From Podarcis filfolensis (lineage: Eukaryota): DNA of 64,000 nt. This document shows positions 13,580-26,964 of this stretch, piece after piece. The DNA lies in the NCBI GenBank assembly GCA_964270895.1, contig OZ185442.1; one strand, written 5' to 3'. The notes under the pieces were generated by a model. The model had not been told where the DNA came from. It made no database searches and was given only the letters and a program-made list of their open reading frames with translations. The position numbers and the translations under genes are program-made. Position 1 is the stretch's first letter. Every line of letters begins with the position of its first letter.

Positions 13580-16150
13580 GCTTGCAGTTCTATTGGTCCA
13601 AGGGAGCTGGTTGAACAAGAGTCTTAAACCCCAACAGCTGGGGCTGGCTTTGGCTCAGCAAAAACTGCCTTCTTGTGGCAAGGTGCCAGGAAAAGCCAAC
13701 ATTTGCAAAGAAGCCTGCTATAAGCCCGATTTAGAATATAAGAAATGGTAATTAGAGAGAAGGAAACTAGCACTGAGGGGCAGCCAAATATTTTCAGGGT
13801 AGCGCAAGCTGATGCAACCCTCCACAGAAGCCTTTGCAAAGCCTCAGAGTAACAAGAGGGCAACTTTTACCATTTCCAGCTCCTCAACACGTAGCTGCTT
13901 GCGGCACTTCATGGAGACCTGGTGCTCCTTTGCATCTCTCAGCGTGTCGTTGCGTACAATGGTGCTCAGGCAGATCACCACATCCACCCTGAAGAGGACA
14001 GAAGTGTTATAACACCAGGCTATCTTAGTGTAAAACTCTTGGGTATCACCCACTTTCTGATTAAGAGACAAATGTTTTTCTAGCATTCAAAAGCCATGAG
14101 GCCAAAATTCTGACACACACACACATACTTTTTCTTGATGTTGGGGCACAGCTTCAGGACATCCTCTTTGCAGGCCATTTTAAATTTGTAGGAGAATCTG
14201 AAATCTTTCATCTGAACCTAAAGAAAGAAAAGCAAACAGGCTCCTCTCAAGGTCAGGCACAGGAAGTCTTTCAAAGAATATCTGCTACTGCAGCCCCAGT
14301 CAATGGCATCTCTCTGCCCTGCTTCTTGCCTTGCCACCTTTGAGCTTCAGTTCAAGTTATCCCTTCTAGTGAGGCTAAGGTTGAATGCAACGGCCATCCA
14401 AATCACTATGGGTCCAACCACATGCACTGCCTGCCTCCAACTACAAAATGAGAATGGCAGATTTGGAAGGAACGTGGCTAAAGGCACAAAGTAGTCAACA
14501 TCCGGAAGCTTATTTGTGGCAAATAAGCCAAGGCAGCACTGAAAAGGGGACTATGCCATAACAGTTCAAATTCCAGCAGACAGGAAAATGCCTTTGGCCT
14601 TCCAGAGCGAAAAGGGATAATGGCTGTCTGGCTCCCAGACTCAGTCAAACTAGGGGATGCTGGAGAACCAGCCACACTCACCAGCTGGAAGTGTGTGACT
14701 CCAATTGCACACTTTTCATTCATCTCCTTCTGGTGTTTGTTCTGAATGAGGCACTCCATGAGGTCTCCTGAGTCAATCTGGTTGTCTGCCACTTCCTGAA
14801 TGGGATATTGGGGGGGATGGGACAGACAGACAGACTAATGACAACCTGTCGGGAACCAACTCCCTTCCTGGAAGTCTCTGTACCTCAGTTGAGGAAGCAA
14901 CGGGACCCATGATTTAAAGCTGGAGAAGGTAATTGCACCTCTCTGGCTTACATTTGAAACCTGATTGTTAAAATGACTAGTCAGGGCCTGTTAGCCCCAG
15001 AGCTCTCAAGTTGCTTTACAGCTGCACATGCCCCCACTGGACCCAAAAATGCAACACAATCTATTAAATGCCATCAACACATTTTGCAATTTAACCCCGG
15101 CTGGTATGCCAGAGATATACAAAGACTATGCAACAATAGCTGAATTCTACATACTCGCTCCTACTCTGTATAATTTATTCTGGTTTTGTGCACGATGAGC
15201 ATCAATAAACTAACAATGAAAAGTCCTGCACATGACTACTGGAAATTGTTTCACCCACCCTTTATATTCAGATATTTCAGCAGGCACCAGCTAAAGAGTT
15301 TCAAGCGAAACCAGATATTTGCTTTTAGAAAATGGAAGAAGAAAAAGGCCAGAAAACTGAATTACCACTGTCCCATTCTGTGCACCAATGGAATCACAGC
15401 ACACATGCAGTCTTGCACCTGCTTGCTATGACTTTTGGGTATCCAAACCAGCACTGTAATTAAGGCTAAGTTCTGAGCAGGGAACTGGGGATGCAAGAAG
15501 GCTGGTTGTGCCCTTGAGAATTATGGACATTCCAGTAAGGTATGCTTAACATGAAGAGGGAACTACAAGGCATGCACATGGCTATGGTCTTCCTCCCCTC
15601 AACTGATACTAATGGAGGAACTCCACACTCAATCCTTATCCAAATTAGAACAAGTATGAGTAAGAGTTACTTACATGGCAGAAGGTCTGGATAATTGGCT
15701 CACATGCTCGCATCATCAAGGCTTCTATCTGAATATCCTACAAGAGGGAGAGAGAAAGCAATAAGTCCACCCAAGGCCACACCCAGTTTTTCTGACAGTT
15801 CACACTGTTGCTTATGTTATGTTTGTACATCAGTGTGTGAAAGTCTCCTGGGATGTGAGCATCCCTAGAGACAAGCTAGGAAGACTTCTGTTGACAAGAA
15901 CAGCTACTGTAAGAAGTCATTGAGAGCAGGAACAGGTTGCAAAAAATATCGCTTAAAGCAGCTTTTCCAGCTGTGCTGGCTGAGGGTGATGAGAGGTGAA
16001 GCCCAAAGCATCTGGAGGGGGCCAGGGTGGGGAAGGCTGCCTTAAAGTTTGCTGCCCCAAATAAAAGCTAACTAGAGTTGACCAAAACACAGCCATTTTA
16101 AGGAAATGATACCTGCCATAGAAAGGCACAACTTTTACACATACAGCTGA

Positions 16151-16210
<60 letters not shown>

Positions 16211-19200
16211 CTCATTTACATGAATACTCCTTCTTTCTAATGATATCAGGCTTGAGTTACTTTATCTGGGCAACCAATTAAGATCTGATACTTTACCTTC
16301 TTTCTTAGATGACTCAAATACATGAAAATGGCACCCTTTTGAAGATACTTGGGAGGGCAACCCACAAATCAGCAAGCCATTCACATGGTGCAAGTCTAAC
16401 AACTAAATACTGGAGCTTTCCCTTCCAGACAAAGCTTACTTACTTCAGACTCCAGCTCTGTAAGGTTTCCAACAATGTCTCTGCATTCAGCCGCCAAGTC
16501 ATCCAGATGGTCCTGGAGACATTCAAGTTCCTAAAGGAGACACAAAGAATCTTAACACAGAACAAATGGGTTCATCTCATTAATCCCTTGAAAGCCACCC
16601 AAATGCACCTTGCTATGTCTCTGGGACATCTTTCGTTTCACCCCAACCAACACCACACTTCTGCTACGGACTTTAAAAGTGGTGTTTAGAGACACTGCAA
16701 TGCAACATAACCCCTGGGATCAGCAAGTCACCACTCTGGGTTGCTCTAGGTTAGATAAATTGGGACAAACAATGCTTTGCTTTCTCCTGATGCACACATG
16801 GGTTTAGTGCCTTCCCTTCACTAATTTAGCTAAATCGAAGCACAAAATGCAATACAGAAACTTTTGGACATTAAATTTTTTTAATATTCAGAAATGTTTA
16901 TGGAGAAAAAGCAGAACCAGGGCATTTAAAGAGAATGTGTTTTGCTTTCTAACTTATAGAACAATTTCAACATGAGATTATTGGTTTAAATTTTTAAGAT
17001 ACCTGTCCAGTCTCTGTTTTCTCACTGCACCACTTCCCCAGATCTATCATGCACTTGTCCTGGAGAGCTGGATCCAGTTTTACATCCAAGGCACGCTGGT
17101 GTAGAATTCGTTGTACTTCTGCCCTGCATTCCCGGGATAGCTGCCAAGAACAAGTGTACAAATTTGTTCCAGATGAACAACCCCAACTGCTCAGATCTGG
17201 GAAGGAAGGTGCTCTTTCCAGCATTAGTAAAAGTAAAGTTCTCTTTATGCTATGCTTGGTCACCTCCCACACAGGCCCAGAGCAGGCCTCCCATGCAGGC
17301 CCCTCCCCTCATTTTTTTAACCTTCCCTGCAGCTTAGATGGACAAGTCCCCACATCCAGACAGAAGGTGTCTAATTGAAGGACAAGTCTAAACAAGTTGT
17401 CAAAAAGTGAACGAGATACCGTGGCATCACGTGTGTGGAGGGGCTGGCTTGCTGTTTAAGAGAAGCAGCCAATAAAATACAGACAAACAAGCCTAGTGCT
17501 AGATTGGTAGGGATAACCTCAAATCTCCAGGCTAGCAGAAGTCAGAAGGATCTGCTAGAGCATGGCAAGGACTCTTTGGGGATTTAAAATTCTTGGTACT
17601 CTGAAAACGGTGCCAGGGACAGGCAGCTGTGCATGGCATCCTGCACAGATTTTACTACTGAAACCTAAAAATTAATTAGACATAGCAAGTGGAGACCCAC
17701 CATAATTCATATTGGCAGAAAAAAGGAGAAAGGCACTACTCCATTTTTCTCCTCCACAAGGAGAATGACTTGCAGAGCAACTGAGCAGCTGCCAAGTCTG
17801 TTCAACAGTTCTTTCCTGAGCAGGCACACAGCTGCAACCAGCCACCTTCTTCCTTCAGAAGGTGGGAAGGCAAAAAGGTATGTGGCTATCACTTAGGCGG
17901 CAGAGGAAGAGGCAGCAGACTGTCGTCTCCTCCCCAGCTTAAGTTTTTAAGCTGGAATACAAGGCCAGGAAGTCATGCAGTGCACCTTTTTCAAGGTTTC
18001 ACTATTTCAGGCTGTGGTGGGAGATGATGTTTGAGAACTCCCCACTTCTCCCCAACATGCTAGTTCTGCCTGTGGAGAAAGTTTACATGGGGGAAGCATT
18101 CACACATGGACTCCCTTTTTCTTCCCACAGCCCCCAAGTCTGAAATGACTCAACCCAGCAAAAACTGCAATCACGTGAATTCCTGATTGTGCAGCTCAGC
18201 TCATCACCAACCACACTCTAATTACCACCTACAGGATACTGATTATCTGTCTGGTGGTCACAACTTCACCAGCCATTCATGCAACAAGCCACCTATTTTG
18301 TTTCCCCACCCTTCATATGAAGAGATTTCCCACTATATTCAGCACTGACCTCAGCTACAAAAAGCAGAGGCAAGACCACATACCTTAGCTACAAAAATGT
18401 TTCCTCAGGCTTCTTCCAAAAGGCTTTTAGGGGAATTCCTGCACTCCTGTTTGAGTCTCCAGAGGCTCAAACATTAAACCCCAATCTCAGAGGGTTAAAA
18501 CAGAAGCACAGGGTCTCCATTTGTTATACCTACCGTATTTTTCGCCCTATAGGACGCACTTTTTCCCCTCCAAAAATGAAGGGGAAATCTGGGTGCATCC
18601 TATGGGGCGAATGCAGGCTTTCGCTGAAGCTTGGAGAGCAGGAGGGGTCGGTGCGCACCGACCCCTCTCGCTCTCCAGGCTTCAGGAAGACATCCGCAGC
18701 CTAGGCAGCCCTGCAGGAGGTCCCGCAGGGATGTCTAGGCTGCGGATAGCAGCCTGCCACCCGGCATGCGAGGCGCCCTGAAGCAGAGCGCCCCTCACGC
18801 CGGGCATACATCCGCAGCGTGGGGAGCCCTGCAGGAGTTCCCCGCAGGGCTCCCCACGCTGCGGATAGCAGCCTGCCGCCCGGCGGGCAGTTCGCCCTGA
18901 ATCAGAGCGCCCCTCGCGCCGGGCAGACATCGGCCAGCCCCACAAGCTCGGGGGACAGCGGGGAGGCGCAGCGCCGCCATCCCGCTGTTCCTCGACCTGG
19001 TTCGGTTTCTCCAACCTGCTTTTGGGGGGGAAATAAAGGGGGGGGAATTTCCTTTATTTCCCCCCAAAAAAACTAGGTGCGTCCTATGGGACGAAAAATA
19101 CAGTACTTAGTTGTCACAAAGCATCCAGGTGACCTGTAGAGTGGACTATAGTTGGCTTGCCTCCATGCTTTCCCCCAGTATAACCTGCTCAGTTTCTCTG

Positions 19201-22200
19201 CTGCCTTAAGAGATATTCAAAGCTTACATTTGAAGCCACAGATAAACTAGCACATGCCCCCAAATCACATTCATTTTCCAATAAAGGAGGACTGCTAAAG
19301 CAACTGACTGGTGCCTACCCTCCTCCCCTGTTCCTCTGTACGATAGGCATGTCTGTACAGGCAGGAGAAGATGGCCCCAGGAGGAATCATCTCACTCGTC
19401 TCATTCCAGCCGCGTGTATGGCAAAGTCGGGATGCATCTCCCTGGCACTTGCGGTAGAGCACAAGATCCAGTCTGTCAAAGTAGAAGAATCAGTGAAGCC
19501 AACATGAGGTTCTAAAATGCCCTTTCTTCACACACCTAAGATTAACAGCATTTCACTTCAACACAACATTTCACCTCTAGAATGTAGTAAATCAGAAATG
19601 AAAACCTTAATAGGTGCAATTTCCATTTAGCCATACAGGTCACTCGCAACTTGCACAGGGGTTATGTTCCAGGGACAGTGCATATACTCAAAAACACGTA
19701 TAGTCAAATCTCTCCCACATGACTATCCTTACCTTCTGGAGCTCTTGTACTGAATGAGTCTTATAACACCCCCGCCCGCAGGCAAAGCAAAGAGTTTTCC
19801 ACAAGATCTCATGGGACTGTCTGAGATTATTCAAGATCCTCCCAGAGCCCAGTAAGCAAGTCTGAGAGCTTAAAAGCTCTTTTTGTGCTGGGAAAACAAT
19901 GTGCAAAAAGAGTGTTCTCAGACGTCCATGCATTTAATTTGTGCAATTTCAACTGGTCAGCCATCAACTGCACAAGTTAAATGCACACAAGTTGCGATTC
20001 ACCTGAGTAATAAAATTGAGAAATATTTAAAGTCTCGCCAATAAAATATGTGGTTTTTTACTGCAACCAATTCCAACTGTGTAGCAGTTTTGCAGTTTGA
20101 GATTTTAATATGATTATGAAGATTTTCTGTAAGCCACTTGGGGCTATAAAATTTGATGCAAATGTTAAAGTGCATTGGTACACATAAGAATGTGAACGTA
20201 CATAAGAATTTTGTTCTTAAGGAGCAAAAACAATTTAAACCCTACACTAGAAAGAAATATGTCCTCATGAGAAACAGGCCCTATGCTCTTATACCAGCCA
20301 GCTAACTGTGATCAGCTGGAGAAGCCCTCCTAACTATCCAACAGTTATCATACTTTCAATTTGGTTTCTGTGCAAACTAAAGTTTTTAAAAAGCATAGTG
20401 GCACCAGTACTTTAGAACGCTGTTCCTACTGTAATCACAAAGGCCTTAAGTGTGTTTAGAGAATGTCAGTTAGCATTAAGCCATTTGTTCTGTATTTCAT
20501 GTTTTTATAATCGTATGATGTTTAAACATAATTATAACTTGATGGTGTTGTACATCACCACAATTTTTTCTTAATGAGCTGACAGTTCATAAAACACTAT
20601 TAATAATACGTAAGTACAGGAAACTTTACTTTTGACACAATGCTTACACGGAGACACCCTCCATAGTTAGGCGGAGGCTGAAATTTGGGGTGAGAGGGCA
20701 TTATCCTGTGGTGCACATTCATTATGAGGCAGCTCTTGAAGGTTATGCCCAGGCCAGAACCTCTACTTTAATTTGTCTCCCCCTCCTGTAGCAGGCATTG
20801 ACAGAAATTTGGGGAATAATGGTTGTGTATAAACATCAAGTTCTCCAAGTTGTGAATGAAAATAACTCTTTCTGAACCTCTAGCTAGTGACTAGAGAATT
20901 AAAGCCACCCATGACCCCACAGTACAAGACCTTTTTGACCCAACTGCCGCTGCTAGAAAGTCCTGCAACAGAACTGCAGGGCCCCTGAGGGTCCCCATGC
21001 CCAGCACTCACTTCCAGTCCCGTGAGATGAAGTACTGGAGCTCCAGGAGCCTGTGCTCACAATCTTCCACCATCTTCTCTGTATACAAATGCTCCATGAG
21101 GCAAGAGAGAATCCTATGGAAAGAAAGTCATGTTATATTGATATATGCAATCTTCAGGAGCCTTCATACCAGACATTGCAACAAGGAGCATCTCACTGGT
21201 GGGAGGGGAAGGAGGTATTTGTAGAAAGGGGGAGCTGAGTAACTGCATGCTTTAAAGCACATGTGCTTCTCCATAGTGGTCTACCTTTGGCCTGTACTTT
21301 CCCACAGCTTGCATTTGTAAGGGTGATGAGAAGCTGTTGCATAATAAAAGTCTGCCTGTATGCCCACAAGAAACCCTTTCACCCCAAGTCAACATCTCTC
21401 TTTATGTAAGAGAACATCTGAGTCCATCTCTTCCCCCAGGTTTAACAGGCTTCTTTCAGCCCAAGCTAAAACAGCAGTAAACTGTAGCAAAAGCAGGGGA
21501 TCTCCATCACCTACATGGGGTCTCCAGCACGGATGTGCTTGCAGGCTGTTTGTATCACTGATTCGCAGGCTTCGTTCAATGCTCTGTCAATGCGGTAATC
21601 AGCACCAGGGTCTGCCTCCTGGATTAGAGTTTGAAGCTGGAGGAGGAAAGAGAAGAGGGGGGAAGAGTTTAACAACAATGGCAGAGTAGTTCAGGAAGGT
21701 GGTTTCCTGGCTTCTGTTGCTGGCAGAACTGCAAAGCTAACCTCAAGGGATTCTGCCCCCTTCCCATCTCATTTCAGTACCAGCTCCTGAAGTGGAGAAC
21801 ATCTTTCAAACATTCCCATGGATGTGAACTGCTCCCTCCCACACAAAAAGGGCTAACCGTTTGCCAAGGAAAAGCAGCCTTTGAACAAATGATTTATCTT
21901 CCAAGACCAAGACCAGTTAATGGCAAACAGCTAAGATGTGCCAAATGGAAGAGCATTCTCCCTTGTGTATGACTCAGCCAGAACCAGAGTTTTTATGTTG
22001 CTGTCACCTCATCTGCATCCAGAAACTGCAGGCATGACTGAGAAAGCCAAGGTGTCAGGTCATCCCTGCAGCATGGGGCAATCCACACATTTTGCAACTC
22101 TGGGGACTTCCCTGTTCTATTTTCAGTATCCAAATGACAGTACACAGAGCTGAATTGTGCAGCCAGCCACATCACCAGGCCTTCTTGCCACTAAAACTGA

Positions 22201-25200
22201 AGGGGAGGAGAGCCAAGAGAGCAGCAGGAGCAGGAGAATCTAATCTCCCAAACCCAGAACCTCTGGTATGTACATGAGCAACAGGGGCCTTCCTGAGAAA
22301 ATGGCACAGGGGCCTGATGTAACAAAGGACAGCCTGGGGCTAGGAACATGTGCCTAGTGCTTTTATTTGTGGTATGTGGGCGGTGAAGAGGCAACTGCTG
22401 AGACTGAGTTGAGCATCATGCTCATAAAGGTATACTAGCAGAGAAGTGGTCTTTCAAGGATTCAGACTCCACTGAAGCATGACTTGAGCAGCGCAGGTAG
22501 ACTTATGCAACACAGGTTGTTTTGTTTTTTTGCTAAAGCAGCAGCAGCAGCATAAAGCAGCAGAACTAAATGGCATCTCACCACAAAGGCCTGAGAAAAA
22601 GCCAATGGAGCTTAAGAATTCCTTCAACATGTAACACTCACTCTTGGAAATTAAGCTCTACAAAGTTGGAGGAGCAGAGAATGGGCAGATTTCTGCACTG
22701 ATTGTTTCCTAGTGGAGCCCGTAGCTTGGGAATTAAGCCAATTTCAAATTTAGGAATCCGTTTACATCACAGATCTTAACCTCAACTGAGATGAATCTAG
22801 TGAAATGCTGGGGGTGGGGGGCATGGGGCAAAGCCATTTATTCATGTGGCCATGGAGCCATCACAGACCACAGAGCCTTTTTGCTTCTTTTTGCTCCCCT
22901 TGACAGAACCACAGGGCAGCATTTGCAGATATCGGGGCACTTCCCATTTCTTTGCAAGCAAAGCTCTTTCCAAGAAGCCAAACTGCCAGGTTGCATCACG
23001 CAACAGTACAACCGTACTTTAGCCTTTCCCCACCAGCACGTGTTGCAATGCCCCCCTCAAAGCCTATCAAGTAAAGTGGTGTCAAGTCTAGAGGAGTGTT
23101 TCGTAGCATCAAAGCCCCAACTTCACTGTGTAAGTATACACATCAAAGCAGTCATAATGCTGAATTGAGGCTAAGCTGCCTGGGGGAAATAGCCATGTTC
23201 TAACAATCTGTTCCTGCCTGGGAAACAATTATCCTGCTCTCATCATTTGAGGTGGAAGATGCCTGGAATCTAGCCTGACAATCACACCAAGCCATCTCCA
23301 ATATAAAAGAACAAGCAAGCACATGGCCTGATGGGCTTTCTGATTTTGTCTCAGGCAATCATCAGTGAGCTATGCTGGGATCAGCATTGAGAAAAAGGAA
23401 AGGGTTTTTTTTGGGGGGGGTGAGAGTGTCAATGTCATTAATCATGTGCTTGGGCTCCCCCAGCCTCCAAACTATAAGGCTGTCAAGCTTTTTAGTGCAT
23501 TTGCTATTGGCAGCAGTCAAGATTAGGACACCAATTACATAAAAACAAGGATGTGGTAGGAGGGTGAACATAGCTCCTGCACAATACTACTTCAAAAATG
23601 GTACCCAACAGTGAAACCTGAATAAATCATTCAGAGGAAAAATGAGATTTTGAGGAGAAAGATCGGCAGCATTGGCAAGTAAGGCATGGGATGGATTATC
23701 AGAAGCCATGAAGTGAAGCAGAGAACAGGGCCAAGTAAAAAAGTCCTATGTCTATACAAAGGTCCCAATGTTTATGGGCCCAGAGGCACCTTTTAAAGTA
23801 TTGTCATAGGCAACAAAAGTACCCATTATATCAAAGAAAAGCTAGCAATACTCAGAAACATCCCCACCCAAAAAACCCAACAAGCAAATCACCTATACCC
23901 CACCAAATAAGACAAAAAAGTAGGCCCCCTACACACAGCAGCCAGAAACATCATTAAAAAAATTAAAAGTTGGTGTCCACAGGTGCTGCATTGGGTAGCC
24001 CAGGCTAAACTAGTGGAATCGGCCACTTTGTCCCAATCTCCTTCTGGTTTCTTAGTTTTAAGTACACACTGACTCTGCATCTTCAGTTTTTCATCTACAA
24101 CAATAAGGGCTAGAATCTTACTATTCAACACACAAGTTTTGCCTCTGTGCAGTGACTGGTGCCCATGGAAGGGAAAGAGTGAATCTGTTTTTATGCAATG
24201 GGATAGGGACTGAGCAGCCACTGTACATTCTTGTCCGCCTCAGCAGTATATTTTCAGAAGAATGCAAATATGTTCTGACCATCCCATGTTATAAGATAAA
24301 GGCTTTTCTTTTTTTTACACTTAGATTTGTTTTAGGGAAAGTAATTAATATGAAGCTACTCCAAATTCCTCCCAAATGCATACAACACTTCCAATGCATG
24401 CAAAATGAATTGTGCATATATTATGAGAAGCCTAAGAGCTGGAGAGAAATAGTCACTGGTCTCCTAGTTCAATCCAATTTTCTTCTATCACCATGCGTAT
24501 CCAACTCCTTACACTAAGTTGTTCCAGTTCATGTTTCCCCCTGAAGAACTTAAGAAGTCACATGGGATTAGGTCAAAAGCTTTGCTTGAATTAATATGTT
24601 ATGCCCATTACATTCCTCTTGGCTACTTTACAAAGAAGGTGGGTTAGCCTGGAATAACATAACAGCTTCTGAGTTTAATAGCCTGAAGCTACCCGAAAAG
24701 CCTTTTTACAAGTAGTTGATAGAGCTTTTTAATCAGCTCTAGCCAACTGTTTCTTTGGGATTCCCCTAAATGGATGTTGGGGCTTTGAGGGCAAAGCCTC
24801 CCTGCGGCTCCCACCTGCATCCCAACTCAGGTCTTACTTCAGCATCAGCCCACAAAAGCTAAAATAGTGGGCAGGACACACAAGCAAATTCTTCTGCTCC
24901 CAGTAATGTAGAGTCCATTGCCACACATTCTGTTCTCCCAGGGAAATGATTCAGGTATTCAAAACAGAAGTATTACTTTGCTGGGTCAGACCAAGGACCA
25001 TCTAGAAGAGACCTCTCCAGCCTGGTGCATTCTAGATATTTTGGGCTACAGGTGCCATCTACATGGCCATAATGACTGAGGCTGGTGTGAATTTTAGCCC
25101 AGAACACCCAGAAGCCTCAAGGTTGAAGACTGCTGATGTAGTCATGTACTCTGTTTCCAACATTCACAACCTATAGGCTTCTGAAAGCTGTTGACTATGG

Positions 25201-26900
25201 CCTGCACATGTTTATTCCTAGCATCTGGTACTCAAGAGGTAGGGCTACTTTTAACACCAAAGTTCCCTGTGGCTGTTATGGCCACTGGCCACTGAAAAAC
25301 TCCTCCATGAAACCTTGAGAAGCATCGCTTTGGATGGGGAACACATATAGGCAGCCAGGTGCTCTGAGAAGCATTTATTTAGGAGGCCCAAGCTGAAACT
25401 TTGGATTCTCTGAGTGATGCCTGAGATGTAATGTTTTGAACCAGAGCCTGACTTATTGGCTCTGGTTCAAAACATTAAAACCAGCTGGGCAAAAATGAAC
25501 AAGATTTCAGATGTGGGGGTTGAGACTGTCATGAAAAGGCTCCCCATGACAACCTTACCGACTGCTGGCAGCTGACTCCCAAGTTCCCCTTCTCTCCTCG
25601 CACAACTTTCATCAGGCAATGCAGGGTGCGGCCCTTCCGATGCAGTCCTGAGCAGTGGTGCTCAATCTCACTGCGGCAACCGAGGATGATCTCTGGGCTC
25701 AGTGAAAAATCTTCCATCAACATGCGCCGGTAGTCCAACATTTCTCCCTGGCATTCACTGCTCACTTGCCGACCTAAGGCACACCGTAGTAGATACAGGT
25801 TATAAGACATCAGCCCAAGGGACACTGAACATAGCCAAGGTACATGCCACATGTGCAATGCAGCCCCACCAGTGTGACCAGTGCCATTCTGCTTTTAAAT
25901 ATTACATCAAATGACACACCAAGAAAACAAATTCTATGCAGAAATCCAGAGCTAACTGGGAAGGAAGATAGTGCCAGGCAGCTGGAATCCCTAAAGAGCC
26001 ACAAGCACTACTGCCATTAGCTCTACCATTTCAGAGCTATTTTGCAGCCTCTCCTTATCACAGGGTTGCATTCTATTTCTTCACAGGCAATCAGAGAAAA
26101 CACCAGGTTGCACTGGAGTGTGCATTGCAATCAAGACTGTGCCTCCTCTGTGCACATGTGCACAATATCCTTCACAAGAACACCAGTTTTAATCTATTGG
26201 ATACACTGTACTTGAAGCATGTGAGCAGCAATGGAATAAATTGCCAAAGCAGTGAAGGGGAAGGCCAGGGAGAGAAAAGGAGCTGAACAAGACTTCCAGG
26301 GATCAATGATAGGTCTTCAGTGATGTGTGCAGCTTGTCATCCTTCCTTTAGTCAGAAGCAAAAGATACAAAGAGAAAATATTCTCATTTCTGAGTACCGT
26401 ATCTTGATTATATTGATTTTGACTTTCTTCAGCAGAGAAGTCAGAAAAAAATGACACTCAACACAAATATTTTCTATCTCAGGACTAGCAGGGTGCTGGT
26501 GGTGGCACCCACTGCCTTTTAAGCCTGCCCTGCGTATATAAAATAATGCTGCCACACATTTCTAGACTACTTCATAAATGGATAATAACTGTTCTGATTT
26601 AGAGAAAGATGCCTTAGCAGTAGGTTTAACAAACCACAGCAGGTAGAAAAAACAGGTCCTTCTGGACCACTAGTTGCCTATCCATCTATTCACTGGTGAA
26701 CAATCATCTGTCTGAGGGCCATTTTATGCAGCCCCCAATTTCTCCTGAAGCTGTCCTACCCTTTCATTTGATCAGAGTTGTTGCCTTCCTTCTGGTTCAT
26801 TTCCTCCTTCCTTTCCCTGGCTCTTAAAAGGGTGTTTCCTTTTCTTTTTATGTAGTTTCAATGCAAATGAAAGGCGCAGGATTCTATTTGATAAACTGAT

Positions 26901-26964
<64 letters not shown>

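Noticed and set aside
17049-17378. Plus-strand ORFs overlapping GLG1 exons (also 10593, 12454, 16309, 21360, 32262)
   Set aside because: Antisense shadows of real exons
18521-19076. Four overlapping ORFs of 85-110 aa, and a repeat array that could be mistaken for CRISPR
   Set aside because: They arise from the stop-poor, GC-rich MITE interior. There are no transposase motifs, no unique spacers and no cas genes, and the DNA is eukaryotic.
19461-19470. LDLVLY in exon 11 where human has LDPVLY (as recalled)
   Set aside because: A single substitution; its significance cannot be judged without an alignment
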